Below are positions 47,830 to 57,542 of a stretch of DNA of 64,000 nt, piece after piece. The position numbers and the translations under genes are program-made. The notes beneath the pieces are model-generated. The model ran no database searches. It was not told the DNA's origin and saw nothing but the letters and a program-made list of their open reading frames with translations. Source of the stretch: an uncultured Pseudomonadota bacterium (GTDB lineage: Bacteria > Myxococcota_A > Polyangia > Fen-1088); the NCBI GenBank assembly GCA_963847705.1, contig CAWKBC010000021.1, forward strand, positions 292,527-356,526, given 5' to 3'. Each line of letters opens with the position of its first letter. Position 1 is the first letter of the stretch.

Positions 47830-49314
47830 ATGACTCTTCGAATCTACGACACCCGCGCAGGGAAGAAGGTCCCGTTCGAGCCGCTGACGCCGGGGCGGGT
47901 CGGGATGTACTCCTGCGGCATCACCGTTTACGACCTCTGCCACGTCGGGCACGCGCGCATGCTGGTGGCGTTCGACGTCATCGCCCGCCACCTGCGCGCG
48001 TCGGGGTACGAGGTCAACTACGTCCGCAACATCACGGACGTCGACGACAAGATCATCCGCAAGGGGGAGGCCGAGAAGCGCTCGGCCGCCGAGGTGGCCC
48101 GCGAGTTCACCGAGAAGATGAACGAGGACATGCGCGCGCTCGGCGTGCTGCGGGCCGATCACGAGCCGCTCGCCACCGAGCACATCGGCGAGGTCCTCGA
48201 GATCATCGAACGGCTCGAGAAGAACCACCTCGCCTACGCCGCGGGCGGCGACGTCTATTTCTCGGTGCCGGGTTTCGCGCCCTATGGCCGGCTCTCCGGC
48301 CAGCACATCGACGACCTGCGCTCCGGCGCTCGAATCGAGGTGGACGAGCACAAGAAGAGCCCGCTCGATTTCGCGCTCTGGAAGGGGGCCAAGCCGGGGG
48401 AGCCGTTCTGGCAGAGCCCCTGGGGCGACGGACGGCCCGGCTGGCACATCGAGTGCTCGGGGATGGCGCACCGCTACCTGGGTGAGCCGTTCGACATTCA
48501 TGGCGGCGGCGCCGATCTCATCTTCCCGCACCACGAAAACGAGATCGCCCAATCCGAAGGGGCGTTCGGCGAGGGTCAGTTCGCGCGCCACTGGATCCAC
48601 TCGGGCATGGTGAACTTCGGCGGCGAGAAGATGTCGAAGTCGCTCGGCAACTTCGTGACCATCCGCAAGGTCGCCGCGACCTACGACCTCGAGGCGCTGC
48701 GCCTGCACCTCATCGGCGTCCACTACCGCAGCCCGGTGGCCTTCACCATCGCCCACGACGAAAAAGGGCACGACCGCTATCCGGAGATCGACGAGGCCGA
48801 GGCGCGCCTCGCCTACTACTACCGGACGCTGGATCGGCTGGCGGCGGCGCCGGGCGAGGACGACGGCGGCCCGGTCGTCGCGCCGGCCGACGAGACGATC
48901 TCCTCTTTCAACGAGGCGATGGACGACGACTTCAACACCGCGGCGGCCATCGGCCACCTGTCGGAGGCGTTCCTGCTGGCCAACAAGCTGCTCGACGAAC
49001 CGGGGGCGGCGGCCAAGGACGTGCGTCGCCGGACGCTGGCCCGCCTGCGCAAGGACCTGGCCGCCTGTGGCGCGACGCTGGGGATCTTCCAGCGCCCCCC
49101 GGCCGCCTTCCTCGACGGCTACCGGCTGCGGCTGTGCGGGCGGCGCGGGATCGATCCGGCCGCCGTCGAGGCACGCATCGCCGAGCGCTCAGCGGCCCGC
49201 AAAGCCAAGGATTTCACCCGGGGCGACGAGATCCGGCGCACGCTCCAGGAGAGCGGCGTCGAGCTCATGGACACGCCGGCCGGCACCACCTGGCGCGTCA
49301 CCGAACCGCGTTAG
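47830..49314 (+). CDS. cysS: Cysteine--tRNA ligase
   Basis: CGITVYDLCHVGHAR, GRPGWHIEC and KMSKS. Confidence 0.97.
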   Translation: MTLRIYDTRAGKKVPFEPLTPGRVGMYSCGITVYDLCHVGHARMLVAFDVIARHLRASGYEVNYVRNITDVDDKIIRKGEAEKRSAAEVAREFTEKMNEDMRALGVLRADHEPLATEHIGEVLEIIERLEKNHLAYAAGGDVYFSVPGFAPYGRLSGQHIDDLRSGARIEVDEHKKSPLDFALWKGAKPGEPFWQSPWGDGRPGWHIECSGMAHRYLGEPFDIHGGGADLIFPHHENEIAQSEGAFGEGQFARHWIHSGMVNFGGEKMSKSLGNFVTIRKVAATYDLEALRLHLIGVHYRSPVAFTIAHDEKGHDRYPEIDEAEARLAYYYRTLDRLAAAPGEDDGGPVVAPADETISSFNEAMDDDFNTAAAIGHLSEAFLLANKLLDEPGAAAKDVRRRTLARLRKDLAACGATLGIFQRPPAAFLDGYRLRLCGRRGIDPAAVEARIAERSAARKAKDFTRGDEIRRTLQESGVELMDTPAGTTWRVTEPR

Positions 49315-49391
49315 AAGGACGTGCCGCCCCTGGGCGCGCGGGATCGCCCGATGGTCGCCGGGGCTCGAAGCGCCCGGAACCAGGAGCCCGG

Positions 49392-49739
49392 CTAGAGGGT
49401 CTCGGCTTCGTCCGGGCCGTCATCGTCGTCGTCATCGCCGACGTTGACGCCGTTCGTGCCCGCCCGGGCATTGACCCGCTCGCGCAGCTCCTTGCCGACC
49501 TTGAAGAAGGCGAGTCGCTTCGGGCGGACGCGCACCGCCTCGCCGGTCCGCGGGTTACGCCCCTGATATTCCTTGTAAGCGCGGATAGAGAAACTTCCGA
49601 AGCCGCGAATCTCAATCCCCTCGCCGCGGCAGAGCGCGTCGACCATCGAGTCGAACATCTGGCAGATCAGCAGCTCGGCGCGGCCATGCGGGAGCTTGGC
49701 GCGCTCGGCGATGAGATCGATGAGATCCGCTTTGGTCAT
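49392..49739 (-). CDS. ihfB: Integration host factor beta / HU-family protein
   Basis: MTKADLI...IEIRGFGSF...GRNPRTGE...FKVGKELRERVN. Confidence 0.85.
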   Translation of the reverse strand: MTKADLIDLIAERAKLPHGRAELLICQMFDSMVDALCRGEGIEIRGFGSFSIRAYKEYQGRNPRTGEAVRVRPKRLAFFKVGKELRERVNARAGTNGVNVGDDDDDDGPDEAETL

Positions 49740-49821
49740 CGGCCCGGTGCGAGCACTGTACCCGGAAAGTCCCGAGGAAGTCAAAGGTTACAACCAGTTA
49801 CGGGATGAGTCGAGGATGTCG

Positions 49822-51144
49822 TCATCCCAGGATCGCCGCGCCCCCGAGATATGGCCGCAGCGCGGCCGGGACGTCGATGCGCCCGTCGGCGCGCTGATAG
49901 GTCTCGAGGACGCCGATCAAGGTTCGGGGAAGCGCCAGGCCGGAGCCGTTCAGGGTGTGGAGAAAGCGGGCCTTCTCCTTGCCGTCCTTCTTCCCTTCTT
50001 GCTTCCCCTCTTGCTTCCCGTCTTGTCCGGCCGCCGGGGCGCCCTTGAACCGGATGTGGGTGCGGCGGGACTGGAAGTCGCCGAAGTTGGAGCAGGAGCT
50101 GACCTCCAGCCATTCGTTACAGCCCGGCGCCCACAGCTCGAGATCGAACTTGGCCATCGCCGAGAAAGACAGGTCGCCGGTGCACATCTGCACGACACGA
50201 TAGGGGATTTCCAGGACCTTGAGGACGTCCTCCGCGTCGGAGAGCAGGGCGGAGAGCTCATTCATGGAAGTATCGGGGTGGACGAACTTCACCAGCTCCA
50301 CCTTGTCGAATTGATGGCCGCGCTTGATGCCGCGGGTGTCCCGCCCGGCGGCCATCTGTTCGCGCCGGAAGCAGGCGGTGAAGGCGACGTGGCGGATGGG
50401 CAGCTTGGCGCCGTCGAGGATCTCGTCGCGGTAGAGGTTGGTCACCGGCACCTCGGCGGTGGGGATGAACCAGAAGTCCTCCTCGGCGTCGCGATAGAGG
50501 TTCTCGCCGAACTTGGGGAGGTTGCCGGTCCCGACCAGGCACTCGCGCCGCACCATGTACGGCGGGTAAATCTCGACGTAGCCGTGCTTCTCCGTGTGCA
50601 GATCGAGCATGAAGGTGATGAGCGCGCGCTGAAGCCGGGCGCCCCAGGACTTGAGGACGTAGAAGCGCGACCCGGAGATCTTGGTCCCCCGCTCGAAGTC
50701 GATGATGTCGAGCGCGGTCCCCAGATCCCAGTGCGGCTTGGGGGCGAAATCGTACGTCCGCTTCGTGCCTTCCTCGCGAAGGATCTTGTTCTCCGTCTCG
50801 TCCTTGCCGACCGGCACCGAGGGGTGCGGCAGGTTGGGGAGCTCGAGGAGCAGCTCCTCCAGTTTCGCCTCCGCCGCGGCGAGCTCGGCGGCCTTGCTCT
50901 CGATGTCCTTCTTTACCGCCGAGCTCTCGGCGACCGCCCGTTCGCGGTCCGGTCCGGCGGGGACGCGCCCGATCTCCTTGGACATTTTATTTTGCGCCGC
51001 CTGCAGCGTCTGCGACTCGTTCTTGAGGTCGCGCACGCGCGCGTCGGCGGCGATCACGCCATCGAGGTCGATCGGCGCGCCCAGCTTGGCATAGGCCAGG
51101 CGGACGTCGTCGGGGGTCTCACGCAGCAAACGAATGTCGATCAC
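49822..51144 (-). CDS. serS: Serine--tRNA ligase
   Basis: PTAEVP, HQFDKVEL, EVSSCSN and HTLNGSGLA. Confidence 0.97.
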   Translation of the reverse strand: MIDIRLLRETPDDVRLAYAKLGAPIDLDGVIAADARVRDLKNESQTLQAAQNKMSKEIGRVPAGPDRERAVAESSAVKKDIESKAAELAAAEAKLEELLLELPNLPHPSVPVGKDETENKILREEGTKRTYDFAPKPHWDLGTALDIIDFERGTKISGSRFYVLKSWGARLQRALITFMLDLHTEKHGYVEIYPPYMVRRECLVGTGNLPKFGENLYRDAEEDFWFIPTAEVPVTNLYRDEILDGAKLPIRHVAFTACFRREQMAAGRDTRGIKRGHQFDKVELVKFVHPDTSMNELSALLSDAEDVLKVLEIPYRVVQMCTGDLSFSAMAKFDLELWAPGCNEWLEVSSCSNFGDFQSRRTHIRFKGAPAAGQDGKQEGKQEGKKDGKEKARFLHTLNGSGLALPRTLIGVLETYQRADGRIDVPAALRPYLGGAAILG

Positions 51145-51413
51145 GGCGGGGGAGCATAAGCGACCGGCCGCGCGCGGCAAAGCCCCGGCCCCCTGACCTC
51201 TAGCGCCAGGCCCGGACCAGCGACGCCGACGCCCTGCAGGCCGACCGCGCGGTCCTCGGCCGGCGCCAGCCTCACCGGGCTCACCAGGGCGCCGCCGGTG
51301 CAACAGGCTTGGGCCGCCGCCGGCGTGGCCGGTTACGTCTCGGCGATGACGCGGCCGTGCGTGAGCGGCGGGGCTTCACCGGCGGCGGGCGTTGGGCTAT
51401 CTAGCAGTCTGAG

Positions 51414-52172
51414 ATGACCGTCGGACAGATCGCCATCCTCACCGCCCTCATGGTGGCGACCGGCGCGCTCGGGGCAATCACCGGGGGCAACTCGCTCATC
51501 AACGTGCCGCTCATGATCATGGTCGGCATGTCGCCGCGGCAGGCGGTCGCCACCAACATGTTCGCGGTCATCTTCATGACCGTGTCGGCGACGGCGCGCT
51601 TCGCCCGCGCGCGCATGTTGCGCGCGAAGCTGCTGCTGCCCCTCGGCGTCATCACCGTGGCCACCTCCGCCTACGGGGCGCGGCTGGCCGTGAAGCTCCC
51701 CGAGACGGTGGTCAAGCTGGTGGTCGGCATCTCGATGGCGGTGCTGGTGGTCTTCATCGCCCTTTACCGCAAGAACGACGCGCCGGTCGCTCCCACCCCG
51801 GCGCGTCGGTGGTGGGGATACGTCGGGACCACGTTGCTCGGCGTCTATGGCGGCTTCTTCTCGGGCGGTTACACCACGCTGATGACCGTGCTCTGCACCG
51901 TCTGCTTCGGGCTCACGATGATGGAGTCGGTCGCCGTCACCAAGCCGATCAACCTGCTCTCCTGCGTGGCGGCCTCGGTCGTCTTCTTCGCAGGCGGGCT
52001 CATCGACCTGCGGATCGGCGTCCCGCTGGCGGCGGCAAACCTGGTCGGCGGCTGGCTCGGCGCGCACGCCGCGCTCAAGGGGGGCGATCGCTTCGTCCGA
52101 CGGCTCTTCCTTGGCACCGTGGCGGCGCTGGCGCTGAAGCTGCTGGTCTGGGACCTGATCCTGCGCCGCTAG
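51414..52172 (+). CDS. TauE/SafE (TSUP) family transporter
   Basis: GGNSLINVP, AVATN and GVYGGFFSGG; multiple TMs. Confidence 0.85.
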   Translation: MTVGQIAILTALMVATGALGAITGGNSLINVPLMIMVGMSPRQAVATNMFAVIFMTVSATARFARARMLRAKLLLPLGVITVATSAYGARLAVKLPETVVKLVVGISMAVLVVFIALYRKNDAPVAPTPARRWWGYVGTTLLGVYGGFFSGGYTTLMTVLCTVCFGLTMMESVAVTKPINLLSCVAASVVFFAGGLIDLRIGVPLAAANLVGGWLGAHAALKGGDRFVRRLFLGTVAALALKLLVWDLILRR

Positions 52173-52261
52173 TCAGGAGGGCGTTGCCGCAAGGCAATGG
52201 TGAGCGAAGCGAACCACGGACATTGGGACATTGGTCCGATGACGTGCCGCCCGAAGGCGGC

Positions 52262-52975
52262 CTAACCTCGGCGGCGGAGCAGCGCGGGGAGCAGGGCCGC
52301 GCCGGCGGCGGCCGCCAGGATGGTCCCGCCGACGTGGCCGAGGACGACGTGCGCGGTGCCGGCGAACGGGCAGATGAAGTGGAGGACGAAGCCGCCCATG
52401 GCCCCCCCGGCGGCGCCCAGCGCCAGGCCGATGCGGGCCCGGCCCATCGGCACGAGACGGCGGAGCGCGAACAGACCGACCACCAGGAAGGGGACCGCGA
52501 TCTCCAGGACGAAGCTCCCGCAGTGGACGCACGACTGCATGAGCGTGAGGTGCGCGTCCTCGGGCCGAAGGCTGACGCCCGGCACCTGCACGCTGGCGGC
52601 GAGGGCAAACGCGAACAGCCCGCCGAGCGCAAGGCCTCCGACGCGGGAGGCCCGGCCGGGCGCCGGGAGCACGTCGCCCCGACGGGGGACCAGCGCCGCG
52701 GTGAGCGACAGGATGAACGCCGCTCCCCAGAGCGCGGCGGCGGCGATCACCCAGCCGAGCGGCAACGCGCCGAGGTCGGGCCGGTAGACGTGGAGGGTGA
52801 GCACCAGCGCGGGCCAGACGAGCCCCACCAGGGCCACGGCCGCCAGGGCGCCGAACCGCGTGCGGGTGCGGACCGGCTTCATCCCCTGGATGGCGTCGAG
52901 CAGAGCGTGCGACGGCGCGGGCGCCTGGATCTGTCCCGGCGGCAGCGCGCGCCCGTCGAAGTCCTTGACCGTCAC
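52262..52975 (-). CDS. NrsF/DUF1109-family anti-sigma membrane protein
   Basis: Multiple TMs, LHFICP...H motif, coupled to the ECF sigma gene. Confidence 0.75.
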   Translation of the reverse strand: MTVKDFDGRALPPGQIQAPAPSHALLDAIQGMKPVRTRTRFGALAAVALVGLVWPALVLTLHVYRPDLGALPLGWVIAAAALWGAAFILSLTAALVPRRGDVLPAPGRASRVGGLALGGLFAFALAASVQVPGVSLRPEDAHLTLMQSCVHCGSFVLEIAVPFLVVGLFALRRLVPMGRARIGLALGAAGGAMGGFVLHFICPFAGTAHVVLGHVGGTILAAAAGAALLPALLRRRG

Positions 52976-53583
52976 GAGGGCTCCTTTTCTGGCAGGGGCG
53001 CGGCGGCATCCTTGCCGAGCATCCCGCGCAGCGTCACGTACGCCCGATGCGCGCGTTGCTTGATCGCGCCCTGCGTGGTGCCGGCGATCATCGCCGCCTC
53101 GGCGGTCGAGCGGCCGTGGACCTTGGTCAAGAGCAGCGCCTCGCGCTGGTTCTCGGGGAGCTGGTGGAGCGCGGCGAGCGCGCCGGCGGTCGCGGCGGCG
53201 TCGGGGCGCGCGGCCTCGTCTTGACCGGTCTCGACCGGCACGCCGGTGAGGTCGGCGGCCGGCTCGGCCTGCAACGTGCCGTCCTTGGTGAGCTGCACGC
53301 GGTTTCGCTTTCGCTTGCGGACCTCGTCGAGGAAGGTCCGGTGGGCGATGGTGTACATCCAGGGGATCGGGTTGGCACCCAGGACGTAGGTCGACCGCGC
53401 CTCGTGAACCTTGAGGAAGGTGACCTGCAAGATGTCCTCGGCGGCGGCCTTGTCACGTAGGAGGCCGAACAGGTAGGCGAGCAGGCGGGGCGCGAGCAGC
53501 GCGTAGAGGCGGTGAAACGCCGCGGCTTCGCCGCGGCAGTACCGCCCCATGATCTCGGCGGCCTCCGCCGCCTCAGGATCCAC
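52972..53583 (-). CDS. ECF RNA polymerase sigma factor (start approximate)
   Basis: AEDILQVTFLKV, WMYTIAHR, LPENQRE and IKQRAHRA. Confidence 0.9.
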   Translation of the reverse strand: MDPEAAEAAEIMGRYCRGEAAAFHRLYALLAPRLLAYLFGLLRDKAAAEDILQVTFLKVHEARSTYVLGANPIPWMYTIAHRTFLDEVRKRKRNRVQLTKDGTLQAEPAADLTGVPVETGQDEAARPDAAATAGALAALHQLPENQREALLLTKVHGRSTAEAAMIAGTTQGAIKQRAHRAYVTLRGMLGKDAAAPLPEKEPS

Positions 53584-53738
53584 GGCCACGCTCCACGGGA
53601 CCAATAGATAGACCGTCGCCGCGCGGGCCACAACCGGCAGGCGCGGTGCGCGCAAATTTCCAGGCGGCGGCCTTCGAGCCGGGCGAAACGAATGCAAGGC
53701 CGCGAGCATGGCGTTCGGTTCCCGTGCGAACGTCCCGG

Positions 53739-54236
53739 TTACGGGGTCTGGGGAACGGTGGCCGCGGAGGGGAGGGCGCCACCGTTCCGTTTCCGCCGCT
53801 TTCCGATCAGACCGTCGAGCGAAACGGGCCCGGCGCCGGCCAGCGCCAGCCAGATGAAGAAGACGAGGTAGCTCCACTCCTCGAAGCCGACCAGCGCGGT
53901 GAGGCCGGTGATGTCGCCGCGCTTGGCGGTGAGGATGGCGATCACCATGGTGAACCCGAGCGGCAGCGCCACCAGGCGCGTGCCGAGGCCGAGCAGGATC
54001 GCCAATCCGCCGAAGAACTCCGTGGCGGCGGTGAGCCGCGCGTTGAACCCCGGCGCCGGGATGTGCAGGGAGGCGAAGAAATCGGTCACGTCGGGGAGGG
54101 AGTGCAGCTTCCCCCAGCCGGTCCCCATGAACACCAGCCCCACCGTCAGGCGCGCCAGAGTGGGGCCCAGAAATGAAATCCGGTCCGCGGTGCGGCGCAG
54201 CCGGTCGAGCGTCATGGTCACGAAATTCAGCAGCAT
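53739..54236 (-). CDS. DoxX family membrane protein
   Basis: GWGKL, EFFGGLAILLGLGTR and GAGPVSLD. Confidence 0.9.
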   Translation of the reverse strand: MLLNFVTMTLDRLRRTADRISFLGPTLARLTVGLVFMGTGWGKLHSLPDVTDFFASLHIPAPGFNARLTAATEFFGGLAILLGLGTRLVALPLGFTMVIAILTAKRGDITGLTALVGFEEWSYLVFFIWLALAGAGPVSLDGLIGKRRKRNGGALPSAATVPQTP

Positions 54237-54308
54237 GATGATCCCTCCTGCCGGTCCTACGCCGCCCGCCAGGATGGGTTACGGCCTCGAGCCGGCTATC
54301 CTTTCCCC

Positions 54309-54713
54309 GTGCAGCTTCGGACCAAGCGCTGGAGTGACCCGGTCGAGCCCGGCGACGGCTTCCGGCTCCTGATTTGCCGGATTCGGCCGCGCGGGGTCTC
54401 GAAGCAGACGGAGACCTGGAGCGACTGGTGGCCCGATCTCGGCCCCAGCCGCGCGCTGCTCGACGCGTTTCATGGCAAGCAGGGGCCGCCGATCTCCTGG
54501 GAGGCGTACGCTGCGCGTTACCTGGACGAGATGGGCGGCGCGCAACAACTCTGGCGCATCCGCGATCTGGCGCGGCGTACCGCGGCCGGTGAGGCGATCA
54601 CCTTGCTCTGCTCGTCCGCTTGTCGGGATCCGGCGCGCTGCCACCGGACGCTGTTGGCACGGCTCATCGAGGGGGGCGCCGGCGGCCGCCCGGCCCGCAG
54701 TCGCGATGATTAG
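54309..54713 (+). CDS. DUF488/YeaO family protein
   Basis: DGFRLLI...PRGVSK...LGPSRALL...ITLLCS...CHR. Confidence 0.85.
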   Translation: MQLRTKRWSDPVEPGDGFRLLICRIRPRGVSKQTETWSDWWPDLGPSRALLDAFHGKQGPPISWEAYAARYLDEMGGAQQLWRIRDLARRTAAGEAITLLCSSACRDPARCHRTLLARLIEGGAGGRPARSRDD

Positions 54714-54722
54714 TTTTCCAGC

Positions 54723-55115
54723 ATGAAGAACGTAACAGCCGCATTGTGTCTGGGGGTGTTGGTTGGCGTGGCTCCAGCGGCCGTGTTCGCGGACGACAAC
54801 CAGCCTGAGATACTCAACAGCTCGGCTGGGGCGGTTTCGGGCGCCAATCGCCTGGGGGGGCCGACGATCACCGCTCCCCCTCACGCCTGGACGCCGACCG
54901 GGCAGGATGCGCAGCAGCTCAGCATCACCGACATCAGGAAGGAGCACCCGCGCAATCCACACATCGTCGGTCCGCCTGTGCCGCGCAACATGACGCTGCC
55001 CGTACCGCAGGCCCAGCCGCAGGGCGCAAAGTCGGCTCCAGCGGTCGAGCCGCCCGCGAGCGAGCCGCCGAAGGCGCAGGAGCCGCCGCTGCAGTCCACC
55101 GACACCGACGAATAA
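54723..55115 (+). CDS. Hypothetical secreted protein
   Basis: Signal peptide followed by a Pro-rich tail. Confidence 0.6.
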   Translation: MKNVTAALCLGVLVGVAPAAVFADDNQPEILNSSAGAVSGANRLGGPTITAPPHAWTPTGQDAQQLSITDIRKEHPRNPHIVGPPVPRNMTLPVPQAQPQGAKSAPAVEPPASEPPKAQEPPLQSTDTDE

Positions 55116-55123
55116 GCTGACCC

Positions 55124-55954
55124 GTGAATGAGCCCACGGTCCAGGTAAGATCGGGGGCGATGGAGCCCCTTGCGGCGAACGACCTGGTCCACGTCTTTCA
55201 CGCCACAGCGTTCGTCGAAAACCTTTCGTTGAAGGACCTGGCGGTGGTCTACCCGGAGGCCCGCCGCCGTCCCCACGAGCTCTTCTATCGGGTCGACGGC
55301 GGGGCGGTCTTCGTCTATCCGTTTGGCGCCATCGTGTTCCGCGACCTGTCGCCGACCGTGCGCGAGCGCGAGCTCGAGCGGCTGCGGCGCGCCCGACCCG
55401 GCCTGACCAAGGCGACGGTGATCGAGGAGCTGAACGTCCGGGAGGATCCGGGGCGTTCGCCCGACGTCGCCGACGGGCTGCTCACGCTTGACGAGCTGAC
55501 GCCGGCGCGTGCCAGCGTGGTGGCGCTGACCGTCGCGCAGAGCGCGGCGATGGAGTACTACGAGCGAATCGTCGAGGAGATGTTCGCGCGCACCGACCTG
55601 CTGGTGCAGCGGATGGAGGGGCACGGCACGGTCTCGCTGCGGACGCGGCCGCTGCACAAGTTCATCGGCGCCGCGATCTCCACGCGCAACGAGGTCCTCA
55701 CCATCCTGCACCTCCTCGACAAGCCCGACGAGGCCTGGGACGACCCGGGGATGAACCTCATCTACGACGAGCTGCGCGCCGAGTTCGATCTGGTCGACCG
55801 CTATCAGGCGCTGGAGCTGAAGCTGCGCAGCGTCCAGGAGACGCTGGAGCTGGTGCTGGACGTGGCGCGCGATCGGCGCCTGGTCCTGCTGGAGGAGGCG
55901 GTGGTCGTCTTGATCCTGCTGGAGATCGTCCTGACCTTCTTCCACCTGCGCTGA
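55124..55954 (+). CDS. RMD1/DUF155 family protein
   Basis: FGAIVF, AQSAAMEYYE, LLDKPDEAWD and LEEAVVVLILLEI. Confidence 0.85.
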   Translation: MNEPTVQVRSGAMEPLAANDLVHVFHATAFVENLSLKDLAVVYPEARRRPHELFYRVDGGAVFVYPFGAIVFRDLSPTVRERELERLRRARPGLTKATVIEELNVREDPGRSPDVADGLLTLDELTPARASVVALTVAQSAAMEYYERIVEEMFARTDLLVQRMEGHGTVSLRTRPLHKFIGAAISTRNEVLTILHLLDKPDEAWDDPGMNLIYDELRAEFDLVDRYQALELKLRSVQETLELVLDVARDRRLVLLEEAVVVLILLEIVLTFFHLR

Positions 55955-56009
55955 TCGGTTTTGCCGGAGGGCGCCTCGAACGGCGAACGAGGTCGTCCCG
56001 GCGAGGATC

Positions 56010-57478
56010 TCAACCCGGCTGGGCGACGGCAGCCGCTCTCCCAGCGCAGCGAGCATCTTGCGCACGAGCGTGGAGTCCGAGTCGCGATCGCGTTCGTCCG
56101 CCCCGCTCACGTGCGTCGCCCGCCCGTTCAGCTTGTTGCCGAGAAAGAAATCGCCCGCGGTGGGGGGTGCCAGCGTGTAGAGCGCCTGCGAGACCGATGG
56201 AATGGCGAAGTCGTGCGCGAACGGCGGCAGGGCGATTCCAGCGGCGCCGTCCTCGACCCCTGTCTGGTAGAGCGCCGCGAGCTTCTTGTGCAGCTCGCCG
56301 TGCGGGACGTCGGCGGCCGCTTCGTCCATGGCGATGCGCGCGTAGGAATCCTCGACCGTTGTGAACCAGCGTCTGGCCACGAAGTGGCGCACCAGCCAGC
56401 GCACCAGGCAGTTTCGTCCTTCGAGGACCAGATCGTCGAGCGACGTGTCGGCGCCGACGATCGCGCCATGAAAGGTCCGCGAAAGCGGCACCGCCGTCAG
56501 CCGCCCCAGGATCGTGCGCGGATCGTCCAGCCCCGCCGGATCGAGATCGTCGAACGCGGTGAGGACTCTTTTCCAGAGGCCGGTGAGCCATTTGCGCGCC
56601 GTTCGCAGGAGGTCGTACCGCCGGGTCGTTGGGGGAGCGTCTCGGATCGCGGCGTCGAGAACGTCGCAGATCGCCCCGACGCCGAAGCGCCAGATCGGCG
56701 ATCCCGGGGGCGCACGCCCGTCGACCAGCGCCTCGATCGCCGCGCGGGTTTGCGGATCGGCGCCGCCGACGATCGGGAAGCCGGCGAGGCCCACCAGGAT
56801 CCCCAGCAGGCCGGCGCTCACGTTGTCGGCATTGGCGGTGTCGGCCAGCGGCGAGCCGTGGTTGGGCGACTGGACCAGCACCACGCCGGCGATCGCGCGC
56901 TGGTTGGGGTCGAAGAGCTGCTCGTCCATCCAGGCCAGAAAGCGCGCCACCAGACCTCCCTGGCTGTAGCCGACGAGGACGGCCTGCCGGTTGAGGGCGC
57001 GTGCCTCGGTGGCCACGATCTCGTAGAGCCCGGCGTGGGGGGCTGCCCGTCGCGGCTGGTGAACATCCCGACGTGCGCGAGCGCGTCGCGCAGCCTGAAC
57101 GGTTCCCAGTAGACGCCGCCAGGCGGCCCGTCCCCGTCGGGGCGGCAGGGAAGTACTTGGCGAAGTCGGTGCGGAGCTGGTCGAAGCGACGGCGCCCTCG
57201 GCGTCATCCGGTCGCCGAGCCGGCCAGGAACCGTCCGGATCGCCGATGCACTTCACCGCGAGCGGCACGAAGTACTCGTCGCAAAGGTCTGTCCTCGTGC
57301 ATGAGGACACCGGTGCCGTGGGTCGCCTCCCAGCCGGCGTCTTGTCGAACCGCGCGCGACTGCCGAGCTGCACGTCGTGCCTCGACGCCCACAACCCGCG
57401 CGCCGCCAGCGCGCGCGCCAACCGATTCCGATCCCAACCGGCCACGCGATTGAGACACCAGAGCGTGTACTGTCCCAC
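56010..57478 (-). CDS. Alpha/beta hydrolase (lipase-like), frameshifted, ends approximate
   Basis: LVGYSQGGLVAR nucleophile elbow and SPNHGSPLAD. Confidence 0.7.
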
Positions 57479-57542
57479 CGCCGTCTCGCCTCCGCGCCGC
57501 ATCGTGCAGCGAGCACCGGGCGACGTCCAGAAAAACGCCCGC

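Noticed and set aside
52262-54236. DUF692/MNIO RiPP cluster suggested by DoxX + ECF sigma + NrsF
   Set aside because: No DUF692 enzyme, DUF2063 partner or Cys-containing precursor gene is adjacent.
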